Origin: Psilocybe cubensis
Taxonomy: Eukaryota
Length of the DNA stretch: 64,000 nt
NCBI GenBank assembly: GCA_017499595.2
Contig: CM039003.1
Span: 2,046,001 to 2,110,000 of the forward strand
Direction: 5' to 3'
Under the pieces are notes generated by a model. It was not told the origin of the DNA and did no database searches. It saw only the letters and a program-made list of their open reading frames with translations. How positions within the stretch are numbered: the first letter of the stretch is position 1; every line of letters starts with the position of its first letter. A program made the position numbers and the translations under genes. Of this stretch, positions 1 to 13,969 are shown in pieces.

Positions 1-104
1 CCCACTGTGGACGATTGCTCTGGTTTGGACCCATTGCTCCCTTTAGCCTGTAAGGTACTGGGCGCCGGGACAGTTTCCGTCGCATTCCTGCGTCGCACAG
101 CCAT
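1..104 (-). CDS. Probable 5' end of a gene running off the left edge (MAVRRRNATETVPAPSTLQAKGSNGSKPEQSSTV...)
   Basis: ATG at 104 on the minus strand, open to the window edge. Too short to assign a function. Confidence 0.4.
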   Translation of the reverse strand, partial: MAVRRRNATETVPAPSTLQAKGSNGSKPEQSSTV

Positions 105-800
105 GCCAGTAGCGATTCACGAAACTTGGTGTAAGAAAGAAAGGTAGGAAATACTACGTGACCCAAGAATACCACATTCCACGAACCCAACCAGAGTTCA
201 CGTCGGAGAGGCTGTGGTGCGAAACTTCGAAAGAGCTATGGATGTCGTTGACATCACATGTGCTAGCGGCTGCTCAGTGCTCACGGTGTCGGTAGCGTGG
301 AAAGCTTTTGTAGGGTATTTCATTTGCCAGTCGGCTGTCGGCGGCAACATTTGATCCCAACCACAACAACCAAATAATTCGTCCTATATTCATACTCTTC
401 TTCCTTGTACCCATACACCGCGACGCGTTGTTGACGTGATTACTGCAGCTTCATTTTATCCTTTGCTCATTTCTGGACAATAAATCTAGAAAGTCGCGTC
501 GATGTATCGTCAGCGACCATCGGAAATGCTTTGGTAGGCACCTCGGGTATGGTACCTTCAATGGCCGAGCATGGCCTCACAGTCGACTCTACTCAAACTC
601 TTCCGACGGATTTCCTTTCCAAAGCGACTGCATATTACGATGATCTTGTACTAGCTTTACTATTCTTACAAACGCTATAGCTTCTTCCGAACGGATACAT
701 CGGAGGTAGAAGGAGGAAATACTGATTCGCAACCTCGGGCGCATGACTATTGACTGGATCCAATATCTGACTGCCAAATCTGCACTGGCTTTCGACTCGG

Positions 801-1825
801 TCATTGATTCAGCATCTCATCTGGCTTCAGGACAGCAGTGAATCGAAGTCGGGTGTACATCATCGCCCACTTGCCGCTGGCATCCCGACAGTCCCCGCGG
901 CATCTATCCTCGACATCCCTCATGATCTCGCGTGCTTCCTCGTCCGTGAAGTCTCGCAGAAAAGAGTTGCGAGCGAACAGATCGAGCCAGTCGTACAGCC
1001 CTGTGGGCAGCGGGGTGATTCGCGGAGTCAGAGATATGTGGGTCGGTTCAAAGCCTGCTGTGACTAGGAGCTGTATTTTGTTCATGTCAGTTTTGTTACT
1101 TGTTAAAATATCTCGGTGTGGAAAAGACAGACCTTGACATAGTCTTCCATGGATGGGAAATACCAGGGATCTAACTCTTCAGGATCCCGACCCTTTGATC
1201 GTACAACATCATGCAATGCGGATCTCACGCCTTGGAGAATTATGAGCAAGCGGTGATGAAATCCGGAAAAGAGATACTTACCTATCGCGTTCATAAAACC
1301 CCCCATCTCGACGGCAACTCTACCCCCGGGTTTGAGAACCTTGCGAATACCGGTGAGGACACCAAGCGGATCTCTCTTACACCAATGCAAAGCCGCGTTG
1401 CTGAACACCGCGTCAAACTTTTCTGGAAACCCAGGCTCGTCTCGTGGATATTCCAAATCTTGTGCGTCTGCAATAAACGCATGCTTGATGCCGTTTTCCT
1501 TCGCTTTCGTGATCTAAACCGTACCAACCGCAATCAATGCCAACACTTATTTACAGGTTATCTGAATCACCATGCTTTCGCTGAGATCAGTGCCCACTAC
1601 AACACCTCCATCGCCTCGTTCGACGACTTCCTGGATGATCTTTGTTACCTCTCCACTGCCGCACCCAACGTCCAGAATTCGTTCCCCTGGCTGAGCCGCC
1701 AAGAGTTCGAGAACAGGGGTGGTGAACGCTAATGAGTAGACAAACGATGCTGTTTTGTTGTAGTGCGAAGCCGACCACCCAGAGGCATCACGTCTATTTG
1801 TCTGGTCGTTCGCTGTTGAAGCCAT
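801..1825 (-). CDS. Class I SAM-dependent methyltransferase (trans-aconitate/Methyltransf_11-25-like), multi-exon
   Basis: Motif I ERILDVGCGSG, GTDLSESM, FDAVFSNAALHW, LKPGGR and C-terminal YTRLRF, spread over ORF pieces joined by short GT-AG introns. Confidence 0.9.
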
Positions 1826-2488
1826 GCTTTGTGGCACTCGAGGAATGTATGTGAGTGTTCAGCAACCAAACAGTATAGTATACTTATATATGTTATCCTA
1901 ACTCAAGTATATGCTGTAATAGCTGTCGACGTTAAACCTGGCCACACCTTCGGCCGACGTACAAAAATCCAGTCGGGTTAATGGTTGGAAACTTGTTCAC
2001 AGCACATACCCAGTCATGACCGTCCTCAGTGACGATATCAAGTTTGTCTTCGGCCGACAACCCAATTTCATCCCCTGCTCAGATAAACTTAGATGACACC
2101 ATCCAAACGTATAGCGGAGCTTAGGGTACTAATTTCTCCCAGTGCCATGGCCCATGATAAGATAGAAGGCAGAAAATCTACGAGATAAATAGACATTTTG
2201 GAAATTTAATCACGAATTGATGTTGATACTTCTTTGATTTGTCGAAGGGAAGGCCTTGGCAATTAGTGATGAATGTCTATAGACAGAGGTTTTGCCGACG
2301 ATTGAAGAGGAATCAAGACGTAAAGAGTTCAAGTGAAGTGCCTTCAATTACTAGAACAACGAAGTCCCACATAATTTCGTAATTTAAACATTTACAACGT
2401 TAAAAGGATACAAATGACTTCATGGATATCTGACACACTTCTGTACTCGATTAGCCATGCTCCTTGGGGTCTAACGCATTGCTTACAA

Positions 2489-3587
2489 TCAATTAACGAC
2501 GGGAGTAGAATGGGCCTTGGAATCGGAGCCAGCAGCAGATGCTGCCTGAGCTTTCTCTTGATCGGCAATCCGGCGAGCTTCTTCATGGATATCGAGAACT
2601 TGTTTTGACGTTTGGGTATAAAAGGCTTTGACCTTCTGGCCAAAGGGCGACGTTATGGCTCTTTGGTAGTACTGTGAAAAATAGACTTGGTCGGCTATGA
2701 TGTAATTTAATGACGAGAAAGGATCATACGTCATGGGCGGCTTTGGAGATTCCCCTCTGCTCGTCAACAGCTCTTGCCTGCTGAGCAGCACTGTCAACAG
2801 TTGCTTGAAGCTTGGCTGTTACAGTTTGATCTGGGCCTAATGCGCGTTCGCCAACCGACTTGTCCAAAGAATGGAAGTAATTTAAGAAGTTGGACGAAAT
2901 GCCTTGCTTCTCTGAGAAAGGTAGGTGAGTGGAAAGAGTAGAATAAGTATATAAAATTAGATACCGTCGATTTCAATAGCTCGTTGGAGAATATGGTCAG
3001 ATAGTTTATATCCCCTTGCAAGATACTCAGCGGCAACTAGGAAGATTGATTAGCATATATCAAATGAAAAGAAGAGTATTTGGAACGTACTGCCGGCACG
3101 AGGTTTGTCTGATTGTTCGACGTGGGGGCCAGAAGATGTGTGATCTTCATCATGGTGGGCCACATCGGAAGTAACGGTCAGAGTAGCGCCATCGAGGGCA
3201 CCTCCGTTGAGCTGGATGGGTTAGATTAGTCACGATAGACATATTTGATGTAGAAAAAGTACCATCAAGGCCGTTTTAGCAGCATTGGGCTTCTCGAACG
3301 AGATTATGGCAGTATTCCCCTTTTCTTCATAGTCAATTGAACTAATCCTATAAACCAGAGTTAAAGCGACAGCTAGGCGCAGATTCAGAAGGTTGCCTAC
3401 TTTCCACAGAAGCTGCGGAAGATATCTCAGTATTCGAGGATGGAGTGATATGGTTGGAAATGCCTACGTGAAGAAGTCGTTTAACTGAGCCTTGGTTGTG
3501 GTGGGAGCGATGCCGGAGACCTAGGAAAGTTAGTTTCGTCCCGATATGAAAAAAAGGACTACGAACATTGACAGAGGATGGAGACAT
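2489..3587 (-). CDS. RRM-domain protein, Vip1-like, multi-exon
   Basis: Manual splicing gives MSPSSVNV..QLNDFFTFCGK..FEKPNAAKTALMLNGGALDG..EQSDKPRAGIAAEYLARGYKLSD..VLDIHEEARRIA, typical of fungal Vip1-type RRM proteins. Confidence 0.8.
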
Positions 3588-4535
3588 GGTGGTGTTGAAG
3601 AGAAGAGGGAATTTGTAAATAGGGACTGCTTATGTCCAAGTGGGTTGGGAATGATGTCATCAACGCCCCTAATCGAGCACTGCATTTCAAATTGTAATCA
3701 TACTGCCTCGACAGAGCCCAGACCAAATCAATTCGGAAATCTGACTTCTTTTTGCAGTCTTGTGCATTGTCCTCCGTGTACCTTCAACGATGGTCTTTGA
3801 GACTTGTCTTCAATCAGTCTGACTGACCTCAAAATACTCTCGTGAGCCTTTTCTTTTTTACAGCCAATTAGCAAAAACCATGCACCAGCACCGCATCAGT
3901 CAAACCGGAATAAGGAAGAAACTGGCAGAAACGGCCAGAGTCTTGGCCCATTCAAGTTCACCGGAGCTCCGGAGCACGTGATCTGCGGGGCAAATTGAAA
4001 CGGAATTAAATTTCATTTCCATTTATAGTGCATACTAGCGATGCCTTTGTCTATCTTTCGTTTCTTCCTCTTCCTCGTCCTTTACTCCCCCCCGCTCTCT
4101 TAATTCTCCTCCAAGCTCTCACAATCTCCGTATCGTCTCTCAATACCCCTCTCGTATTGGCGAGATTTCCCTTAGTCGCTCCATTGTCCAGCCTTCTGGC
4201 CGCAGCTCTTTCTACCCCAGGTTTCTACCACTGAGCCGCTAGACCTTCAATTCAAGCATCATCAAACTTGTGAAAATTTTACAGGACTAGCCCATGACCA
4301 GTATGTTTACTTGTTCTATCACTTTATCCTTTTCTCAGACCGATTTTTCTGTTTTTTCAAGCCCAGTAAGGTGCATTACACCTCGATTGAATTGAAGGAG
4401 CTACTTTGAGTAGTACAAGACAGTAGTTTGTAAAGTTGTGGGAGTTTAGGGTCTCTGCAGTCGATGAATGATGGTTAGTTTCCTGTAATCCGTCTCAAGT
4501 GTCGAATCGAGCATGTTGCCTCCTAGACTCGTTTC

Positions 4536-5249
4536 ATGTCCCAAAGTCCAGAACGTATCTCTCATCATCTGCGTTCCAAGCCTTCGACACCCATAGAGAT
4601 TCCTAAAAGGTCCAGGACTTCTCGTTCGCATAAAGCTTTCGGAGACCAACTTTCCTCGCCCGACCTTCTGTTTGAAATGTCTCCTTGTTCTGCTGAACAA
4701 CCATCGGCGTCCAAGGGACCTCCATCCCCATCTTCTTCCAGTCGCGAGAGTGATCCTTTTATGTATCGCGCAGCACCTTTTCCGATTCATTCTCCTGTGG
4801 TTAATCGCCAGCTGCGGTCAAAAATGTCTTGTCAACGTCTTACGCCGACAAGTAAGCCGAGTCTCGTTCAGGTCGGATCCGAATTCCAAAATTTCGCCCA
4901 AGCGGACTCATCATTATCTGACGGCCCACAAGCACTCAGTACTAACAACGTCCACATTGGCAGGAAGACTAAAACTACCACAAAAGTTACGGGCTTCATT
5001 CCCATAATCGAACATCAGCCTATGGGTGATGATAACCTCGTTCCCAAGAAGTTAGTTTTGCCGCCGCCGCCGCGCCGATCTTCATACTCTTCTTCCCCGT
5101 GGATTTTACCTGGAAGAGGTGATCATCGTGAAGAGGATATTTCATACTCCCAAACCGATCCTAGCATGTTCGAATTCCACAATCATTTACTCCAGCGACT
5201 TGAAAATCGGGATTCATCGCGACTCAAGCCACAGCATACCTGTCTTTAA
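4536..5249 (+). CDS. Hypothetical Ser/Pro-rich protein (237 aa)
   Basis: Single ATG-initiated ORF with a pyrimidine-rich leader upstream. No recognisable domain. Confidence 0.6.
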   Translation: MSQSPERISHHLRSKPSTPIEIPKRSRTSRSHKAFGDQLSSPDLLFEMSPCSAEQPSASKGPPSPSSSSRESDPFMYRAAPFPIHSPVVNRQLRSKMSCQRLTPTSKPSLVQVGSEFQNFAQADSSLSDGPQALSTNNVHIGRKTKTTTKVTGFIPIIEHQPMGDDNLVPKKLVLPPPPRRSSYSSSPWILPGRGDHREEDISYSQTDPSMFEFHNHLLQRLENRDSSRLKPQHTCL

Positions 5250-8200
5250 CGTATTTACATCATTTCATGCATAAACATTCTTCGGTTCGTGTCAGTTTCT
5301 GCTCCTACTCGCTGTGCCGTTTAATCAAAATCTACCAGGTGCCCGTGGCTCCGTTATGACCCCTTTTCCAACATGGACGACCTCAAAATTATCTTAAATG
5401 TTCATTATCTTAATATTTGAACCTTCTGTTCTCATACGATATGCCAGCTGTGCATCTTTATCCTCAATTTCCTAACATCTGGAGTCATGACCTTTTCATA
5501 GATACAATTAGCATACCATTCTGTTCGATCCACCCATACACATTCGTACATATTAACTAGACAATACAACCTTCCGTGCATTTCATACATACATATTTTC
5601 ACCCACCATTTCTGCCCTGTTCTCACTGAGAAGAACTCCGTGCATCTTAAGTTACAATGAAAATAGATTTGAAGAATCAATGACTTTCCAAAGTTCCGCG
5701 GCCTAGTACAGTCATGAAGGACCCGTTGTCGGTTTCGAATTTGACAAGATAAAGGGGTTGAGCGTGGTGCTTACCGTTGACCGACTTGACAAGTGGTGCG
5801 AAATAAATATAAAATAGGATCGATTCTTCTTCACATCATGATGAAACGAATTCAGTGTAAGTAGCCATAGGCTTTTACTCCTTGTTTTCATGGGTTCATG
5901 GGAAAGCCAGCTCGGCGATGTGGTATTCTTAGGACTTTACTGCTGTTTAATTTATGGTTAGGAACGTATTGACGATCAGTCACTAATGTAGACTTGGATG
6001 TCACCCCTTTAGAAAAAATGCCATTGTTGTATCATGATCATCAATTACTTCGGCGGATCAATGACACATCCTATTGAACGAATTGTCGTCGCAAATGGGA
6101 GAAATTGGTGCGTCCTTGTGGGTCGTTTCAACGCCGGCACTTTAGAGAGTTACCGGGGTGATCACAGCCTTGAATCGGCGCCTGAGTGTAGGTCCTCATC
6201 ATAAGGAGTGACTCTCCAGTGGAGTCATGATACGTCGCAATAATTTGTTAGATACATATAGTAATAGTCGGGAGCGCCATACTTGGAAACCGCGACTTTG
6301 GTGCTTTCAAAAGTAAAATTAGGGTGGCTGTTGACGATAATAGGAAACTTTACACACCCAATTGATCCTTCGTGTTTGGGATTAGCTTTGAGCCAGCGTT
6401 ATGCATCTGTTGTAATCGCCGTTCGAGGCCCGCAATAGATTGTCTATGATGAGTACTATGGGCCAGATTAATAGCATGCATGTACTAAGGGGGACCAACA
6501 AAATGGCAATGATAATCACTGAGTGTGAATTTTGGGGGTGCCGGATGATCTACTTGAACGAGTCCATGTGGAACATCCTGTCGATACAAGCCATAAATTC
6601 CCATCTATCCGACTCCCAAGTTCCTTCAGATATGTTGCACGCATGTCTTCCAGACTCCAAATGAATCATGAGTGTAACCACTATGTCATGAGCATTATTG
6701 ACTGCAAGATCCTGGAGCTTCGAGCTTTAGGACTTGTTTTCGCAGATCGCTAGGGGCTATGCTTAGGTCTCCTAGCTAACCATCATCCAAAGTGCCAGCT
6801 TCTTGATGGGAGTGGCTATTAAAGGCATCTCTCGAGGCAGAATGCGTAAATCAACGCCCACAATCTATATTGCAAAGGCAAAACCATCACACTTCTTAGA
6901 CAGGGCTGTGCCCGTCTAGCTGTCTAGCTGTTGTCTTGACTGCAAAGACCTTGATTACTGTAAGCTTGTAAAAAGAGATGGTGGTGTTCACATGAGCTTC
7001 GCGATGAAACTGTTCGACCGTCATTGATTCCTACTCCAAATTATTACGATGGAAAGGATGACTATGAGCTTATTATCTTTTCAAACGATGATGATGATAG
7101 ATTACTGAGATTTTAACCAGTAAGTCCATAGATAGAAGTGAACCACCCAGTATTCCGTCTAGGTACCAGATTTTACAAAGTCGACCGGTCCTTTAAGGCG
7201 CATGTTCCTGGCATAAAGTACATTGACATCGCTAAGAAGCAATAGCAGATAAGAATAGCCTCGCTGTGATCCAGAGTTCAGAAGAACTATGAAAGTGTTC
7301 TCACAAACATCCAGAGGTTGGGCTCAGAAGATAAGATTTAAGGTCCAAGAAGAAGGTCGGTACCTTTTCACTGGATAGTGGGAAAGAATGAGCAAAGTCG
7401 ACAGAAGATGACATTCGAGGAGCAGAGCTGACGATGTATGATACAGGAGAAACCGCTTGTTCCCGGGAAAACCTTTCTACTGGCGCACTGAATGATGGAT
7501 TATGGCGAGGAAAAAGTCATCTCAAAGGCCAGACCAGTTCGTACCGATACCAGATGTTCCGGAAAAGAGCGCCTGAGTAGAAGTGGCACAGAGCGGGTAG
7601 GATCACTAAAAAAACATTGCAAAGATAATGAATTTTGATGCCACGGTCTGCAGAGCGAGATCCAATAATCGAAAACTAGGCGGGGGAGGAGATTAATGAA
7701 TATTGATGCCGCCCAGTATATAGCACTTTAGAATTTGACGGAGGAGATTGCATTGGCGTGAGTTGCTGCGAAGTGTACGGTGAGCGGCAAAGTTAAATTT
7801 ATGCGCCTTTGTCAGTTAGGCAGAAAGACTATCCATAGTGCGGTTCGACACATAGTAGGTTTGGCTGGCAGAAAAAGCCATGCTGCTGTAAGGACATGAT
7901 GTATATCGGCATTGAGAATGAAGTCTCTAGACCTGATGTATAGCGTCGCAGATACGAGGTGATAAAGATATAGATAGCGGTTCATATATCAGTTGACCTC
8001 CGAGTTTTAGAGTCATGAGGAGAACAAGTTGATGACTATCTGGAGAAGTTGGACGAAGCGAGCAAAAGAAACCGATACGTAGGAAATCAGGTACTGCGAG
8101 ATGTCGACAGTTGGGCCTTGAGAAATGAATATCGTAACTTGGAGCACAAGCATCGGCATAACCGCAGCATCATAATTAAAAATTGGGTGTATGGGGAATA

Positions 8201-8597
8201 CGACGCCGTTGAAGATGGTGGATTGCCAGGGCGCTTTGAATTTGTAAAAAGCGAACAATGATCAGCTGTCAACGACTTTATCTTTCGGCTACAAAGATCG
8301 GCGGTGGTATATGTAGATGTGGTTCAAGTTATCCCAGTTAAAAGCGTTGGGACGAACGACTCGTTGGGAGGGTGTCAAATGCGGACCTCGGTGAACGGCG
8401 CGGCTCTGTCACTGGAGCGCACCAGCTCGGATCCCCATGTTTGTTGATGCTCTGATTGCCAAATAGTAAATGTCTCACGACCTGCGCGGTCACATGATTC
8501 CGCTACTTGTTCAACAACGATCAACAACGAATGCCTCGAACCGGAGGCGTGCCATTAACGGCGAATTCTCAACAAACGCGCGTCTCTGCTGTTAACC

Positions 8598-11500
8598 ATG
8601 TCCAATCCTGTCCCTGCATGGCAGACCGAAGAGCTCCAGGACGAGTGGCCCGAGGAAGAGGAAGGCGCAGAAGAGGAAGAGAATAATTTGTCCTATGGCA
8701 GCCGATCCGTATCTCTTACTGTACCCCTTAGCACCCACATCCATACCACTGCCGATTTTGAACCCGACGTCACACCCTCTGGAAGTGGCCGGGCACCAGC
8801 TGGCACTTTTGTGGTGCGAGAAGAAGTTGCGCATGCTCCTTTACTACCCAAGACACCAGGTCGGAACAAGAAGAACGCAATTAAGGATTTCTTTACACCA
8901 CTGCCACTCGAAAGAATGTTCGAACCTCCATCACCACCAGTCCAGGATGGACACGCTTCAAGAGCATCTAATCCAAGTCCATTATCACATGTGTCAAATG
9001 CTCAGACTGTGGAGGAAGTAGAGCAAGCTGAGGAAGAGGAAGAGGAGGATGAAATTATGGAGACGGACATGCCGAACATGAATTCTTTTCACGGTCGAAA
9101 AGCCACTCAGGGGTGTCAATTCACGTTTGCCATGCCTCGGAGCGGGCCTTCTCGACCAAGTCCTCTTCCGCAAGCGCAGAGCACACCAAATCCACCGACA
9201 GTTGCGAACAACGTTGCTCCTCTCACAGATCCCCGACTAAGGCTCTTTCAATTTCAATACGACACTTACACCCGTGAACATCTGTCTGCACTGGTGGATT
9301 CAATTGCCATTAACACCCCCTCTGGCACTGGAACTGGCACAACTGCCACTCCGACGAGCTTCAACAATGGGTTGTCTCGTGTTTCTGAAGTGACTGGTAC
9401 AGCTGCCAACATGTCTCACATGCGCAGTACGAAGCGTATTAAACTCAGCCCTTCTAGCGACCTCTATGGCGGTAGCCCTCCCCAAGCGACCATCGCGCGT
9501 CCGAAAATCTATGGTAAAGATTATGTCGGAGAATCTCTCTCCCTCATGCAAAAAATCAAGCAAGCCCGCGACTATTCGACAATCTCTACGGTCGCGAGTA
9601 CTCAGACGAATTCGCCTTCCGTCGTAGAGGAAGAGTCCGCGAAAAAGAAATCGGACCGCTATCTGAACTTGAAACAACAACAACAACCTTCTGGTAAATT
9701 TGTTTTATATGAATCTTGAGAAACTTGACTGACAGAAAACCTAGGATCCCAACGAAAACCTTCATTTCTTGCTGTGCCGGAACAAACTAGCAGTAATCCA
9801 TCATCGTCTGGAACAGCTTCTCAATCTACTTCTTATTCATCATCATCATACCGCCAGAAAGCTGCAGCTCTCATGGACCAAATTAAGAGCGATGTAAAGC
9901 GGCAGAAACGCATCTTTTCAGGGGACACAGAAACCTCGCATGTTACCACACATGTGGAAGACAGTGATACTTCTATTATGGCGAGCGTCAAGAGCGTAAG
10001 CGATATTAAGGAAAACTCTCGCCATTCACACCGGCGAACGTCCTCTCTGAAAAAGAATTTAATCTCGCGGGCGAGTCCACGTAAACAAGGAAAACAAAAC
10101 ATAGAAGATACCGATATAGCGCATAATCTTTCCCGTTTATCTATTCAACAGCAACAACCACAACAACAGCATCCCATTGTCAACGTCACTCTAATACCAG
10201 CATCGCAATCTGTATTACCATCTAATATACCTCACGAAATTGGCCAAGATGGCCAACAACGCGCACCGCCTCCATCGAGTTTGGCACCACCCTCATATCC
10301 CTCAAATTCAGTTCGATTATCAACCAATGAAGACATGAATAGATTTGTATCATCAAGCACTACCGCGTCGGGCACGACTATTACCGCGGGTAGCGCGCCA
10401 TCATTTGTGAAGCACGCTGGACCTGCTCACATCCGCACCATCGCGCCAACTGACTTGCCATCACTCCCAGAGAGATTTGGTGATATGTTGTTTGACAAGG
10501 TCATGATGCGATGGGTCAAAAACACGGCTCAGGCAACGATGGATCCCGAGAAAGCAATAAATCAGACAGAAGAGCTTAGTGACGATCCGTTTGGTGACAT
10601 TGAGAGTTTGCGCGATGATTCGAGGCCGGCGGAGGGAAATACGCAACCTGCTGCGTCTCCCAGCCCAGAGCCACAGCAAGAGGAAGAACAATTTGAGCAC
10701 GCAGAAGAAGAAGAAGGGGCTAACGAGGACGAAGGTCCTGTGGTGGTCAGCGCTGGCGCAGGGGTTGGTGAAATGAGCAGGATCTCAGAACACTCTGAGG
10801 TGGAAGATGCAGAGGAACTGGAACTGTCCAACTTTTCGACAGATGCGTCTGTGCAATCTGCGCATATAGTGCATTTGATGACAGGCGTGGACACGGCTGA
10901 GTATGAGGATGAGACGTCAGACTCGGAAGACGACCATGATCTGCATACGGCGACGCAGAGAGCAGAGATCAATGATGCGGAATTTGACTCGGAATATGAG
11001 GATTCGCCGTCGCGGAACAATCGTACTGTTGATGTATTGTCGCCGCCGCGTAGAGTGCCTTCCGTGTCCGCCCCCGCCTCCGCTTCGGTACCCGGCCCGC
11101 TTCATCCAGAGCAGCAGCAGCAACAGCAGCAACAATTCCTCACTGTACAGACAGTGCAGGTGCATGCGGTGACGTCGTTCAGTACGCCGAGCCGTGGGCA
11201 TTCCAGCCTGATGGCGGGCACACCGGTCATAAAATCTGCGATGAAGAGCAACAGCGTGACGCCAACTTCTGCACTGAAGAATGGATCGTATCGGCATAAC
11301 TATCAAACTCCAGATCACAAGAAGGCGCACCACAGGTCAGTTAGCTTTTCTGACGGAAAACGGGAAGGTCCAATTCAAGGTAGGTTGTTTTTTTGGTGGA
11401 ATGAATCTCATAAACTAATCGAAATTTTTTTGCTTCTTTCTTTGGTGCGTTTAGGCATTGGTGCTTCTGGTGGAGGGCCCCAGTCAGTCCGGTCAAAGCG

Positions 11501-13837
11501 CATAGCCGACTTGATGGACGCGTTAGAGTACTCTGGTATGAACTACGCCTTCTCTGTCCTGGTTCAGTTTGGCCGCAGTCTTAATTTTACAATTTTTTGA
11601 AATTAGATTTGGACGAGGAGGATTCGCCTTCAAAAGTGAGCAGCTCTGGGCGACCAGAAGAGCTCCAGCCGTTAGGCTCTCGACAGCAGCGCGCTAGCGC
11701 GACATCGGGCAGCATTTCGCCTGCTAGTAATGTGGGTGGAGCGACGTCTCCACGGCGTGCGTTTTCGAGGACGTACAGCAACGCCAGCAGCAGCAGTAAT
11801 AAACAGCGTGCACAATCGTCGCCTGGAAGGCAGCAGAGCTTCGCGAAGGCGAATGGGACATTCCTGACAGAATGCTCGTTTGGTGTCGCGCATGATAGGC
11901 TGGTAGAGGTGATTACTGACGTGCAGCCGTTCGAACCTCATTGGGAGGAACTCGCGTCAATAGACTTGTCAGGCGCCAAACTGGAGAGTGTCGCACGGCT
12001 AAAGGAGTTCCTGCCCCGCCTTGACGCGCTTAGCCTGTATGTGTCCAATATAGATTCTGCCATTCAGAATGATGTCGAAGCGCAGCTTATTGATTCCCTG
12101 ATATGTTTTTTGTGGTTTACAGGAATAATAATGAGTTGGCTTGGCTGAGTGGGATTCCGGGGACTGTTAGGACGTTATCTGTCGCTCATAATTTGTATGT
12201 CTTCTGATTTGTGAAATGGAGACTAACCCTGACTTTAAATTATTCTCTGAAAAGCCTTACAGGGATTACCTCGTATAGTCACCTGCTCAATCTGGAGAAT
12301 CTTGACATTAGCAATAATGAAGTGGAATCCCTGCGTCGTAAGCATTTAGTATCATTTTTCTCATTGCACGCGAGTCTCAAGCACTCTGCATGCCAGAGTT
12401 GGAATGTTTGCGGCACCTGCGCGAGCTCCGGGCCGATGGAAATAAGATAACGAGCGCGGATGGGTTACAACGCATGGATGGGCTAGTGAAGCTTAGCCTT
12501 CAAGGGAATGTGATCGAGCGTATTGATTTTGGGCAGTATCGATGGTTCGTAGGATCCGATGTTGTTTCGCGAAAGGTTAATCATGATTAAACTTTTTTTT
12601 TTCTTTTCTTTCATAGGAGCCGACTGGAGATGCTGAACATCAGTCACAATTGCCTTGATAGGATGCAAGGACTATCATCATTGCAATCGCTGATTGCATT
12701 AAACGCAGGTGAGCGTGACGTGGAAGATGATTCTCGGATTGTTGATTTTTGGATGAGATATGAACAAGCTGGGTGAACTAGAAGTGAGCGGGACGATGGG
12801 ACGACTTAGGATTCTTCGCGTTAGTGGGAATCGGCTGAAAAATCTGGATGTTGGGAGGATGATGAACCTTCGCACGCTCTATGCGGATAACAACGGGCTT
12901 GCGGGTCTCGTAAAAGTGGATCGCCTGACTAAACTGGAGAACTTGAGTGTGCGGAATCAGAGTGGACGAGGACTGTGAGTTTCCTGTTCCCGGGATGAGA
13001 CGATCTTGATAGAGTGCTAATGCCGGGTGGGGTGTTGTTGGTAGGAGTCTATTGACCCGCGAAGTTCGCGATGCAAAGCGCCTGTACCTCTCTGGTAAGA
13101 GTTGATGCCAAATTTGGGGAGCATTTTGACTGTCTAGAGGGTGGGTGTGGAAACATTAGTACTGACGCGATATTTTTTTTTTCTGTTTGCTGCACAGGTA
13201 ATCCGCTGAAATCTGATTTCATGGTGGAACCGTGCTACAATTTGGTCTATTTGGAGCTTGCAGGCTGCAGACTGACCGCGCTGCCCGAGGGGATGGCGAG
13301 ACTGCTGCCTAATCTAAGGGTGCTGAATCTGAACTACAACTTCCTGGAAGATGTTCGGGCCCTGGAAGGACTCACGAGGCTGAAGAAACTGACGATAATT
13401 GGGTCCCGATTGAAGAACAGCAAGCCTCTGATCCGTCTGGCACAGAAGATGCCGGAGGCGGAGATGCTAGACTTTCGGTGAGTGAAACTGGGGAGAGAGA
13501 GAAGCAGTGCTGACGGAAATACAGGATGAACCCATGTACACTGGGATGGTACCTTCCTGTGCTGATGTCGGAGGGCGGGGGGGCAGTGTCGGAGGGCGGG
13601 AGGGGAGGGGCGGGATGGCAGGAACTGGACAGCGCATTCCGACGGGATCTGCCGGATGGAGCATATATCGGGCGGCTCGCGTACCGAGGGCTGATTATGG
13701 AATCGTGCGCTGGTTTGGTTCAGCTGGACGGAGTGCGGGTGAGCTGGAAAGAGCGGCGAAAGGCAGGACAGCTATTGGAGGGTATTCTTGGACGGAAACG
13801 AACTGGGTCAGTGCAATCTAGCCATTTTGGGCAATGA
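8598..13837 (+). CDS. Large LRR protein, SIN/MEN scaffold Cdc11/Nud1-like, multi-exon
   Basis: Long low-complexity N-terminus, then FLTECSFGVAHDRLVEVITDVQPFEPHWEEL followed by many LxxLxLxxN repeats and a C-terminal MNPCTLGWY...RLAYRGL cap. Confidence 0.8.
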
Positions 13838-13969
13838 GATCTGGTCGCGATTGTATGTATGTAGGGATGTTCCTAGATGGACGATCTTATTCGCAAGACT
13901 ATTTTTGCTTATGCAGTTAAATAGCGCAATGCGCCCACTCCGTTTGCAGCAGCCCCCGCCCCTGTCTAG

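Noticed and set aside
11109-11135. CAG/CAA trinucleotide repeat
   Set aside because: Ordinary short poly-Gln tract in a disordered coding region.
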